DNA of 64,000 nt from Lytechinus pictus (lineage: Eukaryota): positions 31,622,001 to 31,686,000 of the forward strand of contig NC_087245.1 of assembly GCF_037042905.1 (NCBI RefSeq). Reading direction: 5' to 3'. Below, piece by piece: positions 62,901 through 64,000 of the stretch. The first letter of the stretch is position 1, and each line of letters begins with the position of its first letter. A program made the translations under genes and the position numbers. Under the pieces are notes generated by a model, which ran no database searches, was not told the origin of the DNA, and worked only from the letters and a program-made list of their open reading frames with translations.

Positions 62901-64000
62901 TAAAATCCTGCTTCTGATTTATACTAGTGAAAAATTTACATTTTAACAACACTTGCAGGAGAAGACAGAAAGAAAATATGGATTTGAATATATCATGGAC
63001 GTACAACTCTGACAGTAGGTTCATGAATATATTCAATTGGTTGTTTGACACAGGATAGAAGATGAGCTGGTTGATGTAAAATCCTCCTCCATCAGTCTCT
63101 CTGATGAAATTTCACAGAAAACACATTTTTCTCAATAAAAAACACTGGAATTTATAGAAATATTGCAAAAATTTTGAAGATCAATCAAAGCAAAATCTAA
63201 TCAAATGAAAGTACAATGACATGTATGCATAGTGAAAAGTCTGCCTACATGTATTAAATGTGTTTGTTTAGCTTAATCTGCATGGAAACTAATACATATT
63301 TGAAAGAGAAAAACCCGTAAGATTCTCACTTTCTACAATTGAACTATCTTTATATTCTTGACTTCGTAGGCCTACAGTACATATCACCGAAGAATAAGGT
63401 GTGTGGTATTTAGAACACAGAAGAACATTACATGGCTTTGGCATTTTAGGAAACAGAAAAACTGAGGTCTCTACATTTGACATTTATTGAATGATTGAAA
63501 TTTTTAAAAATGTTTTCATATATATTCTATTGTAGGCAGTTTCCTTGAGGAGATAAAACTTTTTTTTTCGAACATGGAAAGCCGTGTTCATGCTGACACT
63601 TGTGTACAGACCTATTTCATGTTTTTTTTTTACTTCTTGTCTAAATGAGGGATTTTGCAATCACATTCAGCTCAATTTTGCATTCACAATACATGCAATA
63701 TTTCATCTGGTAATCCGTTATCTGGTATCTTCATTTCTTTGTAATTATGCTATTTTATATTTCTCTCCCAAAAAGGTATCTCAATTTCATGATATGCAGA
63801 TAAATTGGTAAAATACAGATTACAAATGAAGATAAGAATTGGCATGATGTTGTGCCATGAGAAGTCGATAGATGCCTTTGGCTGTAACTACTAACTATGG
63901 CATGCTGATAACACAAAATTTTAGAGAAGATATATTAAAAAGGAGGCAACTTGTCAAGAGTCTGTGCCTCTTATAAATAGCAGGAATCCTGCTATTACTG

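Overview
AT-rich, repeat-dense animal genomic DNA. The repeat families and intron style suggest a sea urchin or similar marine deuterostome; this is inference, not verified. One protein-coding gene can be rebuilt on the + strand from five phase-compatible exons (27422-27694, 28412-28438, 28963-29016, 29393-29774, 36904-38036), giving about 614 aa from the ATG at 27446. It is a single-pass membrane protein with a short Thr-rich ectodomain, a juxtamembrane Cys cluster and a long disordered tail carrying many SH2/SH3/EVH1-type docking motifs. This is the architecture of a LAT/PAG/IRS-like transmembrane adaptor. Its last intron is a GC-AG intron with an in-frame stop just past the donor. That intron holds a sense-strand CR1/L2-group LINE remnant, whose 3' UTR is interrupted by a 3.8 kb Academ-type DNA transposon with very long inverted arms. 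The rest of the window is MITEs (hAT-, Kolobok-, Harbinger-, CACTA- and piggyBac-like), tRNA-derived SINEs including a DeuSINE-like copy, microsatellites and a 3.7 kb minisatellite with higher-order repeats. It also has a triplicated block upstream of a probable first exon of a second gene (donor at 53592). Almost all ORF-track entries outside the gene and the LINE are low-complexity artefacts.
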